DNA of 64,000 nt, from the NCBI RefSeq assembly GCF_004010195.1, contig NC_057753.1:3689514-3753513 (forward strand), read 5' to 3'. The translations under genes and the position numbers were made by a program. Positions 13,201 to 26,361 of this stretch are shown here, in pieces. The notes under the pieces were generated by a model. The model worked only from the letters and a program-made list of their open reading frames with translations, made no database searches and was not told the DNA's origin. Numbering within the stretch: position 1 is the stretch's first letter; every line of letters starts with the position of its first letter. Origin of the DNA: Chiloscyllium plagiosum (taxonomy: Eukaryota).

Positions 13201-13984
13201 TTTTTAGTTTTTGTTTTTTTGTTCATCATACATTTCATGCCAGAATAAACAATTGAAAGAAATGACAGAACTAGTACATAGAAGTAAGCCAGAAGATGCA
13301 TTGTGCATGGAGATTACAAGGAATTTCAGAAAGGTTCCAGTGTAATCATGTGACAAGATTGAGCATGTGCAACTGTTGAGAAGAAGAAACTGACAGCACA
13401 CAGAACGTATGTGGTGAAAGTAGATTGTCAGATTTGCAGAGCACTGGAAGGGGTGATCCTTTGGGTCCGGTGCTGACGTCATGGCCCATTCTAGAAACAA
13501 ATTGAATTTTGTTACTCAAGACAATTTCATATGTTGCAGTTGAAAGCAAATTACAGAATGTTGTACCTGCTCAGGAAAATCGTGAAAAGTACAAATACAA
13601 GGAAATACATGGGCAGTTTTGGTGTCTAAGGTGGTGAAGTCTGGTAGGAAGTGTATAGAAATCAAGCACTCTTTCCTTCTTCGATCGTGAAAAGCTTGAG
13701 GGACACAGGCAGGAATCATATTTATAGTGGTTGGATACATAAGTTGAAATAAGTCCTTTTTGACATGTAGGCAAATATTTACATCAGCTCGATTACTGAC
13801 AATGGACTACCAATGTCACCTTTAATGCCAAACTTGTTATGCACCTGATAGAGGAATAACTCCAGAGAAAAGCATTTTGGAATAGAGGAAAGAATTGCTT
13901 CTCATGCTCCATGCAGCACGTGAACATCAAGGACTGTTTAGGTCAATTCCTGTCGCTGCTCTATATTCTTCCCACGTATCTTTA

Positions 13985-15245
13985 TATTTGGAAAAGAATG
14001 GGATTATCAGTGATAGGCAAAATGGTTTGGTGCGGGGGAGATCGTGCCTTACCAACTTCATAGAATTCTTTGAGGAAGTGACCAAGTTAAGAGATGAAGG
14101 AAGAGCTGTAGATGTCATATACATGGACTTTAGTAAGGCGTTTGATAATGTTCCCCCTGGTAAACTAATGAAACGAGTGAAGTCACGCGGTGTGCACGAT
14201 GTTTGAGCAAGGTGGATAAAGAACTGGTTGAGCAAAAGGAGTCAGAGAGTAGTAGTTGAAGGGAGTTTCTCGAAAAGGAGAAAGGTGATAAGTGGTATTC
14301 CACAGGGATTAGTGCTGGAGCCACTGCTGTTTATGATATCTGGAAGAATGATCTGGAAGAGGGCACTGTTGGTATGAGCAGCAAGTTTGCAAATGACCCG
14401 AAGATTGGTGGAGTAGCAGAAAGCGTAGGGGACTGTCAAAGAATTCAGTCGAATACAGATAGACTGGAGAGTTGGGTGGAGAAGTGGCAGATGGAGTTCA
14501 ATCCAGGCTAATGTGAGGTGATGCATTTTTGAAAGTCTAATTCTGGAGTGAATTATACAGTAAACGGAAGGGCCTTGGGAATGTTGATGAGTGGAGAGAT
14601 CTGGAAGTTCAGGTCCATTATACCCTGATAGTTGCTGCATAGTTGGATAGAGTGGTTAAGAAGGCATTTGGTATGCTTTTCTTCATCGGACGGGGTATTG
14701 AGTATAAGAGCTGGCAGGTCATGTTCAAATCGTACAGACATTTAGAATACTGTGTACAGTTCTGCTCGCCACATTACCAAAAGGACGTGGGCGCTTTGGA
14801 GAGGGTGCAAAAAGGTTTTACGAGGATGTTGCCAGGTATGGAAGCTGCTAGCTATGAAGAGAGATTGAATAGGTTAGGCTTGTTTTCATTCGAAAAAAGG
14901 AGATTGAGGAGAAACCTGACTGAGGTCTACAAAATCATGTATTGACAGGGTAGACAGATATAAGCTTTTTTTCCCAGGTGAAGGATTCAATAAAGAGAGG
15001 TGAAATGTTCAAGGGGGATACACACGGCAAATACTTTACACGGAGGGTTGTATGTGCCCAGAGCGCGTTGCCAATAGAGGTAGTAAATACAGGCACGGTA
15101 GATTATTTAAGATGCATCTGGGGAGCAGAGTGATACAGATGGTTAAGAATTGGGCGATAGGTTTAAACAGTGGATTTGGGTTGACTTAGTTTTGGAGGGC
15201 CGAAGGGCCTGTTCCTGGGCTGTAAATGTTCTTTTTTCTCTGTTC
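13985..15245 (+). mobile_element. CR1/HER1-type LINE, 3' half
   Basis: RSCLTNFIEFFEEVT...VDVIYMDFSKAFD; HLEYCVQFCSPHYQKDVGALERVQ. Confidence 0.9.
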
Positions 15246-15294
15246 AGTGTACAAACATCAACATGACGCATCACCTACAATGTACTGGGAAAAC

Positions 15295-15611
15295 AAGAAC
15301 ATTTAATTCTCACATCCTTTTGCTGGGAACAATCGTCTTGGTGACCCAATGGTGCTGGAGGGCATTCGCAGAGAGATAATTCATTTCTGGTGCACTTCAC
15401 ATCTTTCAACCAAACTGATCCTGAATTCGTTCCGTGTGGGGGAGGGAATGTCATATCCAGTGAATTTCCACAACTCAATTGTTTTCAAATCACTTCGGTG
15501 TCTATGGAATCTATGGAATCATCACAATTGAGCCCCAAGCCATTTTGTAATAAATCTACATTCGACCAGCATAAAGGTTTACACCATCTGCCAGCCTTAA
15601 CTGCAAGAGTT
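15295..15611 (-). pseudogene. SRCR domain pseudo-exon
   Basis: LQLRLADGVNLYAGRM*IYYKMAWGSI/CDDS...EVI*KQLSCGN...SGSVWLKDVKCTRNELSLCECPPAPLGHQDDCSQQKDVRIKCS; acag acceptor, two stops, one frameshift. Confidence 0.88.
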
Positions 15612-16559
15612 CTGTTCGAGAGTAATACATATCATTCTACATTCATTACACATTCCCTTCATCACTCAATCCAACATAGTGTATAGGCACAGGAAAAAAA
15701 AAACATTTCTTAATGTTCCCGTGTGAAAAGTTATGAAATATGACTTCTTTCAATACTAATCGATTGAATGTATCCTTGAAGCGAGAATGTAGAGTGGAGA
15801 TATGTTTCAGAATGTCTTATTGCATCCGGTGCTGCCTGCTTCAGTTTCCCTTTCTGTTTTGAATACTTTGTGAATTATTGCGCAATCATTTGGAGTTTTC
15901 CTTTGTGTATCCTGTCACACGGTTTCTGACTGTCAGTGATTCAATGATTACTTCATTCAATGTTTGCTCCATTTTAAAGCACTGAGAACTACATCTTTGT
16001 CCCAAATAAATCCTGTTTCATCCTTCATTCAACCACATATTTTTAGCCATTAACTGTAGTTGCATAAGACATTGCAAAACATATACAGGAGCGACGCCAC
16101 GATAATGTTCACAGAGAAGTGATTAATGAGATTCTTATTGAGTCAGCTATAAACGTGATTAAGTGTTTGCTTTGAAAAATCATGCGAACAAGACGACGTT
16201 GAGAGAAAAATAAGTTTTAAAATTTGATTTCAGAATGTTGTAGTCTTCGGAAAGCCAACTGTTATCGACTGGATTGAGCCAATTAAATTCAGTATGGTCA
16301 GAAGTCCAGAATTGATGCAGCTCAATATTTGCCAACTGTTGATCGACAGGACATGAAGAGAGTATAAGGAAGGAAGCTAAGGCTTCATAAGACGGATCAG
16401 AACTTAATAAAGATGAGGGTGTCAGCAATGTTGAATTATGGCCGTAGTCCACCAATATTAAGATGTGTAAATCGATGGCATTAGTCATAATGTTCGCAAT
16501 AAAATCACATTGTGGTAAACCGAACACTCGGGAATGTGATCAGTATGCTTCAGCTTTCC

Positions 16560-16690
16560 ACAGCTTTCAGGGAGAGGGACCATGCAACCAAGATGAAGCA
16601 GTCGTGATATCGACCAAGGACGAACCATAGGAGGGAGTGAATGCCATATCCAGCTAATCTCCACAACCTAATTGTTTTCAAACCACTTTC
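16560..16690 (-). pseudogene. Partial SRCR domain remnant
   Basis: VV*KQLGCGD*LDMAFTPSYG, closely similar to the exon sequence at 15431-15493. Confidence 0.6.
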
Positions 16691-18190
16691 AAACCACACA
16701 GACTACATTATCAACAATCGAAGCCAGGCTAGCAATATCACAGTTGCGAACGGGTGATGTGTTGAAGAGAGGTAGACGTGACGTAGAGATACATGGAATG
16801 TGAACAAACGTGTATCTGAGTACAAAGTAATTCAAAGGCAACATGAATATTGGAGTGACTGGTATAGCTCTTTGGGTACTTGCATAGATATAATTCCCGA
16901 CAGTGGGCAAGCCATTGCAGATTAATGTCTATCTTCACTCAGATAGAAAGGACTAAAATCAATTTGAAGAGTCTTCAGAACATAAAAAAGGGCATGGAGC
17001 TCACCCAGCCTTTGCCAGAAGAAGCAACCAAATGCTCTAATCTCATTTCCCAGCACATCTGTAATCCATGGTATCACAAGGGACACATTTAATGCATTTT
17101 ATGACGGTTTCTGTCTCTACCACACTTGTTGCAAATGAGCTGCAGATGTCCACAACTGTCTAGATGAAAAGGAGTAGCCTCTTGTCACTCTAATTCTTCT
17201 GTCGATTACGTTACATTTAATGCCAAATGGCAACTGATATCTTCATTTCGGAGATAACTTCCTTATTGTCTGCCATATCTGTTCACATTGCAATTTTATA
17301 TATTTAGATCCTGCCCATTATCAGTGTCCTCTATTCAACAGAAAATAATCTTGGTCTTTTCTTGTCAAATTGTCTGCATAACTAAATTTCTCCATCTCAG
17401 GAAAAACTCTGTTATATCTCCTCTTCACTCTCTTCAGTGCAATCGTAACCATCCCCTGATGTTTCTGCACAACCTCTTTCCTCTTAAGCTATTTTCCTCA
17501 GCTAATAACAAGCGTAATTTTTGCTTTTGTCTGGGAAAAGTAAAGCTTCCATCAGCGCAACAGTTGCTTACACGTATATTCCGAACAATGGAACGGATTT
17601 CCAAACTGGCTGCAGGGTCTGACACCAGCGCAAAGCTACCAATTCCATTATCTCTCAGTTCTGAGACTGCTTATCCAATCGGCAGGAACACCTAATGCTG
17701 TTATAGAACTATCCTGACTTCTGCACGTATGGTGTTGCAATAAACTCTGCTACAGTTAGAAATGAATATTTTAATGGTTTCCTCCGCAGTCAGCCATCTA
17801 CAATTATGTGCAAATTTCAATTCAAGCAAGCATTCTTTCTTGAAGTTTGTTAAATCTCATTTTTCCAGGGCTGCTTAACACGATCACCTTTTGCAATCAC
17901 CAAGCAGCCAGTTCCTTGATTTTCACCGATCATATATAGGTTCCTTCTTTGTCTGTTCACCAGCCCATGCACCACCCAAAACCAACATGCTATGCCTCAA
18001 AAGTACGAGTGTTGCTGTTTCCCATGCTTGTGTTCTCACGTCATCTGTTTTACACAGAATATATCTTCTCGTACATTATCAACGAAATTCACGCCATACA
18101 TTCAGACTCTCCAATGCTGCACATAATAATACTTTCGGCCCCGAATCTAAAAATCTCAACAGATTGAAAAAGCGTAACTTGGAGTTATCT

Positions 18191-18955
18191 AGTCATAGAT
18201 ATATGCAGCATTGAAACAGGCTGTTTGGTCCAACTCATCCATGCAGACCAGATATTCTAAATTAATCTCGTCACATTTGACAGCATCCAGCTCTTTTCCC
18301 TCTGAATTCTTTCCATTCATGTTCCAGTCTAGATGCCTTTTAAACATTGCAATTTTGCCAGCCTCCACTACCTCCTCTGCCACTTCATTCCAGACACGCA
18401 CCACCCTCTGTGTGAAAGTATTCCCTCTTAGATCCCTTTTTAATCTTAACCCTCACACCTTAAACCTATGGCCTCTCGATTTGACTCTTTCTACACCAGC
18501 AGACAGACCTTCACTATGCACCCCATTCATGCGCCTCATGATTTAATAAACCACTATTAGGTCACCCCTCAGCCTCTGACACTTTGAAGCCTGTTCACTC
18601 TCTCCCTGTTGCTCAAATGTTTCAGTTCTGGCAACCTCCTTCTTTATATTTCCTGAACCCATTCAAGTTTCACAACATCTTTCCTACAGCAGGAACACCA
18701 GAAGTGAAAGCAGTGTTACAAAAGTGTCCAAACCAATATCCTGTACAGCCACAACATGACGCCTCAACCCCAATAGTCAATGCACTGATCAAGCGTACCA
18801 ATCGCCTTCTTCACTGCGCTACCAACCAGCGACTCCACTTCCAGTGAACTGTGAACCTCCAGAGAAAGGTCTCTTTGCTCGACACACTCTCCAGGACATT
18901 ACCATTAAGTTATATGTCATGCCCAAATTTACCTTACCAGGAAGCAGCATCTCAT
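18191..18955 (-). mobile_element. CR1/HER1-type LINE 3' fragment
   Basis: VRVWNEVAEEVVEAGKIAMFKRHLD and typical 3' UTR. Confidence 0.85.
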
Positions 18956-19204
18956 ATTGAAGTCTAGTTTGGATAGATTGAGTTTTTTCAGGGTTCTTTA
19001 TTCTGTTCGTCGTGTTTCATTGTGTAATATTGTGAATAGATTTTGTTTTTGTCTTTCAAACCTGGTAGTCAACCTTGCTAACTTAATCCGGGTAATTTTT
19101 ACTGCACACTTATCAAACAAATTGCAACGTTATTGTCTGGACTGCCTGCTTAAGAATGTTTGGAGTCGTCTGTCCTAGTGCACAACAAACGTTATGATAA
19201 TTAC

Positions 19205-20870
19205 ATTGAAATGTATAGCATGGAATTGGCTTTACAGTCAGACTTGCTTGTATCGACCAGGATAGTGTTCTAAATTGATCCCATCTGCCTTCATATGGTC
19301 TAAAATCCTTCTTTTCTCTGTCTGTTTATGCTTCTGTTTGGCCAACATTTCCTTACAGCCATACATTGCAATCCGGACAATACTCTGCTAAACCTCTTCT
19401 GCATTCTCTTCAAAGCCTGCATCATCTTCCGCTCATCTAGCGAGGAGAAAAATGCACAGTACTCCAAATGTGGCCTGATGCAAGTCTTATACATTTGCAA
19501 TATGTCTAAATACTTTAATTATCAGTATCCACACCTAAGAAGGTTATCCTGCCATCTGCCTTCTTTCTCATCTTATTCATTTTCAGGGACCTACATCATA
19601 GACCCTTAGTCCATCAATGCTCCTTAGGCTCTGGCCATTTTCAGAGTATTATCCTCTTCGCATGAAACTCAATCCTCCCCATTAATCATCTTATACAATA
19701 ACTACCGTCGTACGGATGTATGGCAGAGTGATCTATAATTTCCTGAATTATCTTGGCTCCTTTTCTTAAAGAAAGAACAAACATTAGCTATTCTTGTCCT
19801 ATGCGTCCTCACCAGTGTTTAAAGGGAACAGAAACATTTCTGCAAAAAGAGGATAGAACAGTACAGCTCATTACAGGCCCTTCAGCCCTTGATGTTGTGC
19901 CGTCCTTTTATTCTACTCTAAGACCAACTAACGTACATACTCTTCATTTTACTATCATTAATGCGCCTATGCAAGAGACCCTTAAATATCTCTAATGTAT
20001 CTGATTTTACAACCACTGCTGGTAGTGCATTCCACGAACCCACTACTCTCTGTATAAAGAACTTACCTCTGTCAACTTCCCAAAACCTTTCTCTGATCAC
20101 TCTTTTTATTTTTATTTTTTTTAATATTCTGTGTTAGAACTCAGTGGCTGCACTGCTGCCACACAGAGCGAGGGACACAAGTTTCCTTCCAGCCTCGGGC
20201 GACTGTCTGCGTGGAGTTTGCACATTCTGCCTGTGTCTGCTTGGATTTCCTTCAGGTGCTCCATTTGGCCGCGTTAAATTACCCACTGAGTTCAGTGCTG
20301 TGTAGGTTACATGCATTAGTTATGAGAAATGTAGTTTAATAATGTAGAGGGAGCGTTCTGGTTGTGATATTCTTCAGAGGATTGGTCTGGGCTTGTGGGA
20401 CTAATGGCCTGTTTTCACACAGCAGGCATTCTATGATTCCATGAAAAGTATGTCCTCAAGTGATAGCCATTTCCACCCTGGGAAAAAGGCATCGGACTAT
20501 CCCCTCTATCTATGCCTCTCATTTTCTTCGACTCCTCAATCAATTCACCTCTTATCCTTCTTCACTCCAATGAGAAAACCCCTGGCTCCCAAACTCTGTT
20601 GATAAGACAAGCCCTCCAGTTCAGACAGTATCCTGGTAAATTTCCTCTGCACCCTCTCTAAAGCTTCCATATTATTCCTAAAATGAGGTGATCAGAACTC
20701 AACACAATACTTACATTGTCGTCTAACCAGGGCTCTAGACCGCTGCAGCAAAACCTCACGGCTTTTAAACACAATTACCCATTAATGAAAGCCAAAACAC
20801 CATATGCCTTCTTAGCAACCCTACCAACTTGTGTGGCAACTTTGAGGAATCTATGGAAATGGGACCCAAG
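19205..20870 (-). mobile_element. Several CR1-type LINE 3' fragments (interrupted by an HE1 SINE)
   Basis: RPHLEYCA...ALKRMQKRF; FFIQRVVGSWNALP. Confidence 0.8.
20140..20440 (+). mobile_element. HE1-type tRNA-derived SINE
   Basis: ctcagtgg...cactgctgccacacag head, gtggagtttgcacattct body, LINE-like tail. Confidence 0.8.
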
Positions 20871-21606
20871 GTCTGAGGCAATATTGCTGAACAAAGAGAC
20901 CTTGGAGTGCATGTTCATATCTCCTTGAAAGTAGAGTCACAGGTAGATAAGATAGTGAAAAAGGCATTTGATATGCTTTCTTTCATTGGTCAGAGTATTG
21001 AATACAGGGGTTTGGCGGTCATGTTTTGGCTGTTGAAGATTTCGGTTAGGCAATTTTTGGAATATTGCATTCATTTCTGGCCTCCTTTCTATCGGACAGT
21101 TATTGTGAAATTTGAAAGGGAAGAGAAAACACTTACATGCATGTTGCCAGGGTAGGAGGACTTGAACTATAAGGAGAGGTTGAATAGGCTAGGGTGGTTT
21201 GCCCTGGAGCATCGGAGGCTGAGGGGTGACCCTATAGAGATGTATAAAATCATGAGGGGCATGGATAGGATAAATAGACAAGGTCGTTGTCTCTGGGGCG
21301 GGGGAGTCCAGAACTAGAGGGCATAGGTTTAGGGTGAGAGGGGAAAGATATAAAAGAGACCTAAGGGGCGACGTTTTCATGTAGAGGGTGGTGCATGTGT
21401 GGAATGGGCTGCCAGAGGAAGTGGTGAGGCTGGTACAATGGCAACATTTGAAAAGCATCTGCAAGGGTTTATGAATAGGAAGGGTTTGGTGGGATATAGG
21501 CCGAGTGATGGCAAATGGGACTAGATTGATTTGGGATACCTGTCTGGCATAGGCGAGTTGGAACGAAAGGTCTGTTTCCTCGTTTTCCACCTCTATGACT
21601 CTATGT
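20871..21606 (+). mobile_element. CR1/HER1-type LINE 3' fragment
   Basis: SLKVESQVDKIVKKAF...LEYCIHFWPP; (ctctatga)n tail. Confidence 0.85.
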
Positions 21607-22380
21607 CTGTGTCTATGTGTATGTCTGTTTCTGTGTGCGTGAAGGTGCTGCTTAACCACATTCTTGAGTTGCTGCAATCGATGTGCTGTAGTTAGGTTAA
21701 AAATGTCCCTTAAGTGGGGAGTTCCAAGACTTTGGTTCAGTGACGCTGAAGGAACAGTGGTATGTTTCCAAGCCAAGATGGAGAGAGGCTCAGATGGAGA
21801 GAGACTCAGTGGGGTCCCATGTGTCACCTGCAACTTGACGTTTGAGATTCACTCAAATGACAGACCACCACCTTCTAAAGGGGTCAACTCGGGACGGGCT
21901 GTAAATGCTGGGGCCAGTGAATGAATTAAATATAAAACAAATCGTTGTTGCTTAATAAACAGGATGGGACATTTACAACCCTCTATTTTTCTGAACCAAC
22001 TCCGTTATCAGAAAACTGTTTAAAGGCAATAGTCACCCCTCCCCGCACCCGCCCATTTCCCCATCCACACCCTCAGTAACCCACACAAGTGAAATTGGTC
22101 CTGGATAGATGCTCTGTTTTATCATGTAATACAAAGCTGCTGGACTGCAAGAGGTTAATGGAACCTGCTTGCTCAGCATCTCTCATTAACATCAGTTTCT
22201 ACGAATTCTCACTGTGTCCTTGGAGGGCGTTCTCCTCCTTTATTAATGAGGGAGGCTGTACAGCGTGTTACCGGTTGCTGCCAGCCAGAATGCCAGTTCC
22301 CTGATTTAAATGAGGACTGGTTTTTCCAGAGAGAGGGAGAGATTGGATTCTGAAAGCAACCAACTGGAGTAATTACGACA

Positions 22381-22513
22381 ATGGATCGAAGCTTCTATGA
22401 AGGACTTTACTGGCTTTCCCAAGGCTGGATATCTGTTCCAGCGCGGATTCAGGACGTGCTTTGGATTATTCAGGGCGTCTACTATCCAATTCTAGCCATT
22501 CTTGGCGTTCCTG
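22381..22513 (+). CDS. GPR139-like GPCR gene B, coding exon 1
   Basis: ATG-initiated MDRSFYEGLYWLSQGWISVPARIQDVLWIIQGVYYPILAILGVP-G|GTAAGT with a consensus phase-1 donor. Confidence 0.85.
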
Positions 22514-22574
22514 GTAAGTATTTTCTGAGACATTTTGTTTTCAGAAAACCGCGCTCAACCCTGCTCGTTCTGCT

Positions 22575-23062
22575 ACTGGAAAGATGTTATGAGACTGGAA
22601 AGGGCGAGGAGAAAAGATTTACAAGGATGTTACCAGTTTTCAGTTGAAAAGAGGGACAGCACACACTGCACCTTGTTTGTCTGGAGTGTGGGAGATTCAG
22701 GGGTGACATTATAACAATTTATAAAATCACAAGAGGCATAGATATGGTGAATAGTCAAGGTTTTCCCACCCCAAGGTGGAGCAATCCAAAACTAGAAAGC
22801 ATTGGCTTAAACTAAGCGGGAATAGCCTTAAAAGTCACCTAAGGGGTAACCTTTCGTGCCGATGGTGGGGCATGTATGGAACTGCCAGATGAAGGGGTAA
22901 AGGTTGGAAAGACTGCAACATTTAAAAGACATTGATGAGAAATGTTTAGAGGGATAAGGGCTAAACGCAGGCAAAACACACTAGTTCAGCTTGAGTAGAA
23001 ATCTAATCAGCATGGACGAATCGAGCCGAAGGGTCTGCTTCATTGGTGTATGACTCTATGAT
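22575..23062 (+). mobile_element. CR1-type LINE 3' fragment (intron of gene B)
   Basis: KRFTRMLP motif and tatgactctatga tail. Confidence 0.75.
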
Positions 23063-24039
23063 TATATTTTCTTCCATCTGTCAATTCTAAGGCAGCCTGT
23101 TTAACTCCAGCAGCGTTTTTATTTAGATTTTCTGAAGTGTGACATCCCTTTCCCAGTACTAATCCCAAGCCCCAACGTCTACTGCACCATGACAGTGTGA
23201 GACGTAGAAGCAGATTGACATCACCAAAGGGAAAGGACGTTCAGCCCACTCAGTGACTGACCCGATTCTCCTCGACTCCCACTTTTCTGCCTTTTCCCCT
23301 TGATTCCCCTTCCTGTTTGAAAGGTTCTGTCTCAGGCGCAAGTTTACTTGAGTTCAAACGATGACTGAGTGGTAATTTCATTTGTTCTTATTCAGGAAAT
23401 TTTCCCAATTAAGGTCCCGGGTAGCTGGGTTCAAATCCACTACGGTAGGTGGTGGAATTAGTTTTTGATACATATCTGAAGTTGAGACTTTGTTAATGAT
23501 GAATGAAGTGCACAATCACACCTCTCTGCCTCGAGAGAGTGGTCAAGTCTGAAACACCCATAACATTGAGCAAATATTTCAATGTGCGATGGAGAAGGCT
23601 ATGAGCAAACGTGGGAGTGAAATAGTGGCGTGTTTTCTCTCTTGGACAGTGAGAGCATAGGCTGAAAGTATTTTTCCTGTGCTGTAGGCCTCGCTGATTC
23701 TATGACATATATCTGAGCCTGTTTCTGATCCCAATATGCTGTTCCTCTGTCTACAGCTTCTAAAAAAGCATTTCATTTTGTTTTGCGTTCAAATACCAAG
23801 CACCTCCACCTCCCCCAATGCTTCCCTCGCAAGAGTATGCCCACTCACTTCAGTCTTCACGCCTACCCTCACTATCTATCGACTATTTACCTGATCTGGT
23901 TTCAGCAGAATATCAATTTTCTCAGTCTTCGTGTCAAATGACCTCCCATCTTTCAAATGGACTCCAATTCCCTGTCCATTCCCCTTGTATTCATCCCTTT
24001 GTTTTTATTTATTTCACTAGTTCCCTGCTTAAATCCAAA

Positions 24040-25320
24040 GTTTGCAACTCAAAGTTCAGAGGCAGTTCTGAGATCCACACTATAAGAGAAATATTATAGC
24101 ACTGGAGAGGGCGCAGAGGGATTTTGCCCAGTTTTGAGAATTTCAATGATGAGAAGAGATTTGATAGACCGGGGTTGTTTCCGTCAGAGTGGAGGGGATT
24201 GACAGGCACATTGATGAGATGTATCAAATGACGATGGGCATAGATAGGATAGACAGGAAGAAACTTTTCTCTTTCATGAAGGTATCAATGATGAAGGGTC
24301 ATAAGGTGAGGGGCAGTAGGTTCTGAGGACGAGAAAGAAAAATGAGGATGGTGAGAATCTAGAATCTGCCTGTACAACGCAGAAATCTCAACAAATCGAA
24401 GTAGTCATTGCGATGTCAAGACAGACTATGCCATGGGCAAAGGGCTGAGTAATGCGACTCGAATAGTTAGGTGAATGTTTTTGACCCGTGAACACTCAAT
24501 GGGCCGAAGGGCCTTTTTTCTGAGCTGTTAGGCCACGGTGATGCTAGAACAGGAATGGGGATTGGAAAAGTGCGAAATCAGTTCGTCGTAATGTGGAAGG
24601 CAAGGACGACAGTTAAATGACTCAAGATGAAACAATCGTGCCAATGTCTCATAATAAGGACCTCAAATCTGACTTCTTATGTGGGGATTTTTTTTTCTGA
24701 GTGATCAAAGTGATCAACCATGAAGTCTGGCGTCCTCTTGGTTTGGAGAGGGATTATCTGACGGACAGAAAACAGAGGGCCTTTATAGTTTGGTTCTTCA
24801 TTGAAAGGCGAAACGTAACAGGTGGAGCACCTATTGGATCAGTTACTGCGCTGCTATTGTTAACAATCGATGTACTTGATCAGCAAACAGGGACAGATGC
24901 AACAGAGCAACATTTATGGATGATATTGAAATAGGTTGCAAATGTCAGATAGTAAGGATGAGATAAAGAGTTTGCAGGTGGATATTGATAGTCTAAGAGA
25001 ATGGGGCACAATGTGGCAGATGCTGTTTAATGTGAATAGGTACGAGATTGTCCAGTTTGACTGGAAAACGAAGAAGGGCAAATTATTATTTAAATGGGAA
25101 TCAAATTCAAAGCGCGTCAGTGCAAAGGGATCTGGATGCGCTTGTGTATGAATCACAGAAAGTGGGCATGCAGGTGCAGCATAAAACAAAAAGAAAAAGA
25201 CACATGGTGTTCTGACATTTATTACAAAAGGACTGGATTATAAAAGTGAAGAAGTGCTTTTACAATCATGTTAGGTGTTGGTGAGAACACACCTGGAGTG
25301 TTGCGTTCAGGTTTTGTGTT
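24040..25320 (+). mobile_element. Old CR1-type LINE fragments (intron of gene B)
   Basis: YLTDRKQR...VTGGAPIGSV; LQVDIDSLREWGTMWQMLFNV. Confidence 0.7.
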
Positions 25321-25358
25321 GCCTGATGTGTACTTTTATTGCTTTTCCTTCCTTACAG

Positions 25359-26245
25359 TTAACATAATAACAATAGTGATCCTATCTCGCAACAAGTGTG
25401 GGCTCTCCACATGTGTCACCTATTACCTGGTGGCCATGGCAGCAACAGATCTACTGGTCATTATCATCGACTTGATATTGAGACAACTGCCAATCGTTTA
25501 TTTCGTCCATTTTATCTTCCTTGAGTCTATCCCCATCTGTAATATTCATGCCGTTCTGCTTTATGCAGTCACTGACTGTTGTGTCTGGTTCACAGTCACC
25601 TTCACCTTTGATCGATTTTTGGCCATCTGTTGCCAGAAGCTGAAAAGCAAATATTGCAACGCGAAAACAGTCGCTGTGTTTCTAGGAACAGTGACAGTAC
25701 TGAGCTGTTTAAAGAACACTTTCTGGTACTTTATGTTAACAGATCGGTATTGGTTGTTGAACAGGCCCTGGTTTTGTCGTGTAAGCGAAGACGTTCGGAA
25801 ATCTCGGGTCTGGGTCACAATCGAGTTTCTCCATCACATTCTCACCCCGGCTCTCCCGTTCGTCCTGATTCTGCTGCTGAATATTTTCACTGTCCGACAG
25901 ATTCTTGTGACCAGCAAAGCCCGCGGGAGGCTCATTCGCCAGAGCACCAGCGACCCAGAGATGGAGAGTCGAAGGAAATCCATCATTTTACTCTTTGTCA
26001 TCTCAGCAAATTTCGTCCTGCTGTGGTCAGTGATAATGATGTATTCGGTTTGGAGCCGAATGTCGTCTTTAGGCTATCTGTCTATCTGGTTACATGATTT
26101 CGTCCAGGAATTAGGCTTCATGTTGCAGCTCCTCAGTTGCTGCACGAACACTCTGATTTATTCCGTGACCCAGACGAAGTTCAGAGAGCATCTGAAGACT
26201 GTATTGAAATATCCCTGCACTCCCATTATTCGACTCACTCAATAA
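25359..26245 (+). CDS. GPR139-like GPCR gene B, coding exon 2 (spliced product 339 aa)
   Basis: ttttccttccttacag acceptor, in frame with exon 1 (133+887=1020 nt). VNIITIVILSRNKCGLS...YYLVAMAATDLL...TFDRFLAICC...DPEMESRRKSIILLF...CCTNTLIY. Confidence 0.92.
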
Positions 26246-26361
26246 TTCTCAGAAAAAGAAACCAGACAACGCTGAGAGACACGAGCCAACTTTCCAATCG
26301 ATTTCACATTCCCAATTGGCTGACGGGGTTGCAGGAGAGAACTACGATCTCTATCGCTATG

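Noticed and set aside
20780..20990. Twin-priming inversion within one LINE
   Set aside because: Both sides are 3' halves with their own tails and differ in sequence; two independent insertions are simpler.
25268..25358. MLGVGENTPGV... as the start of GPCR gene B
   Set aside because: Derived from a CR1 fragment and the acceptor tract; exon 1 at 22381-22513 supplies TM1.
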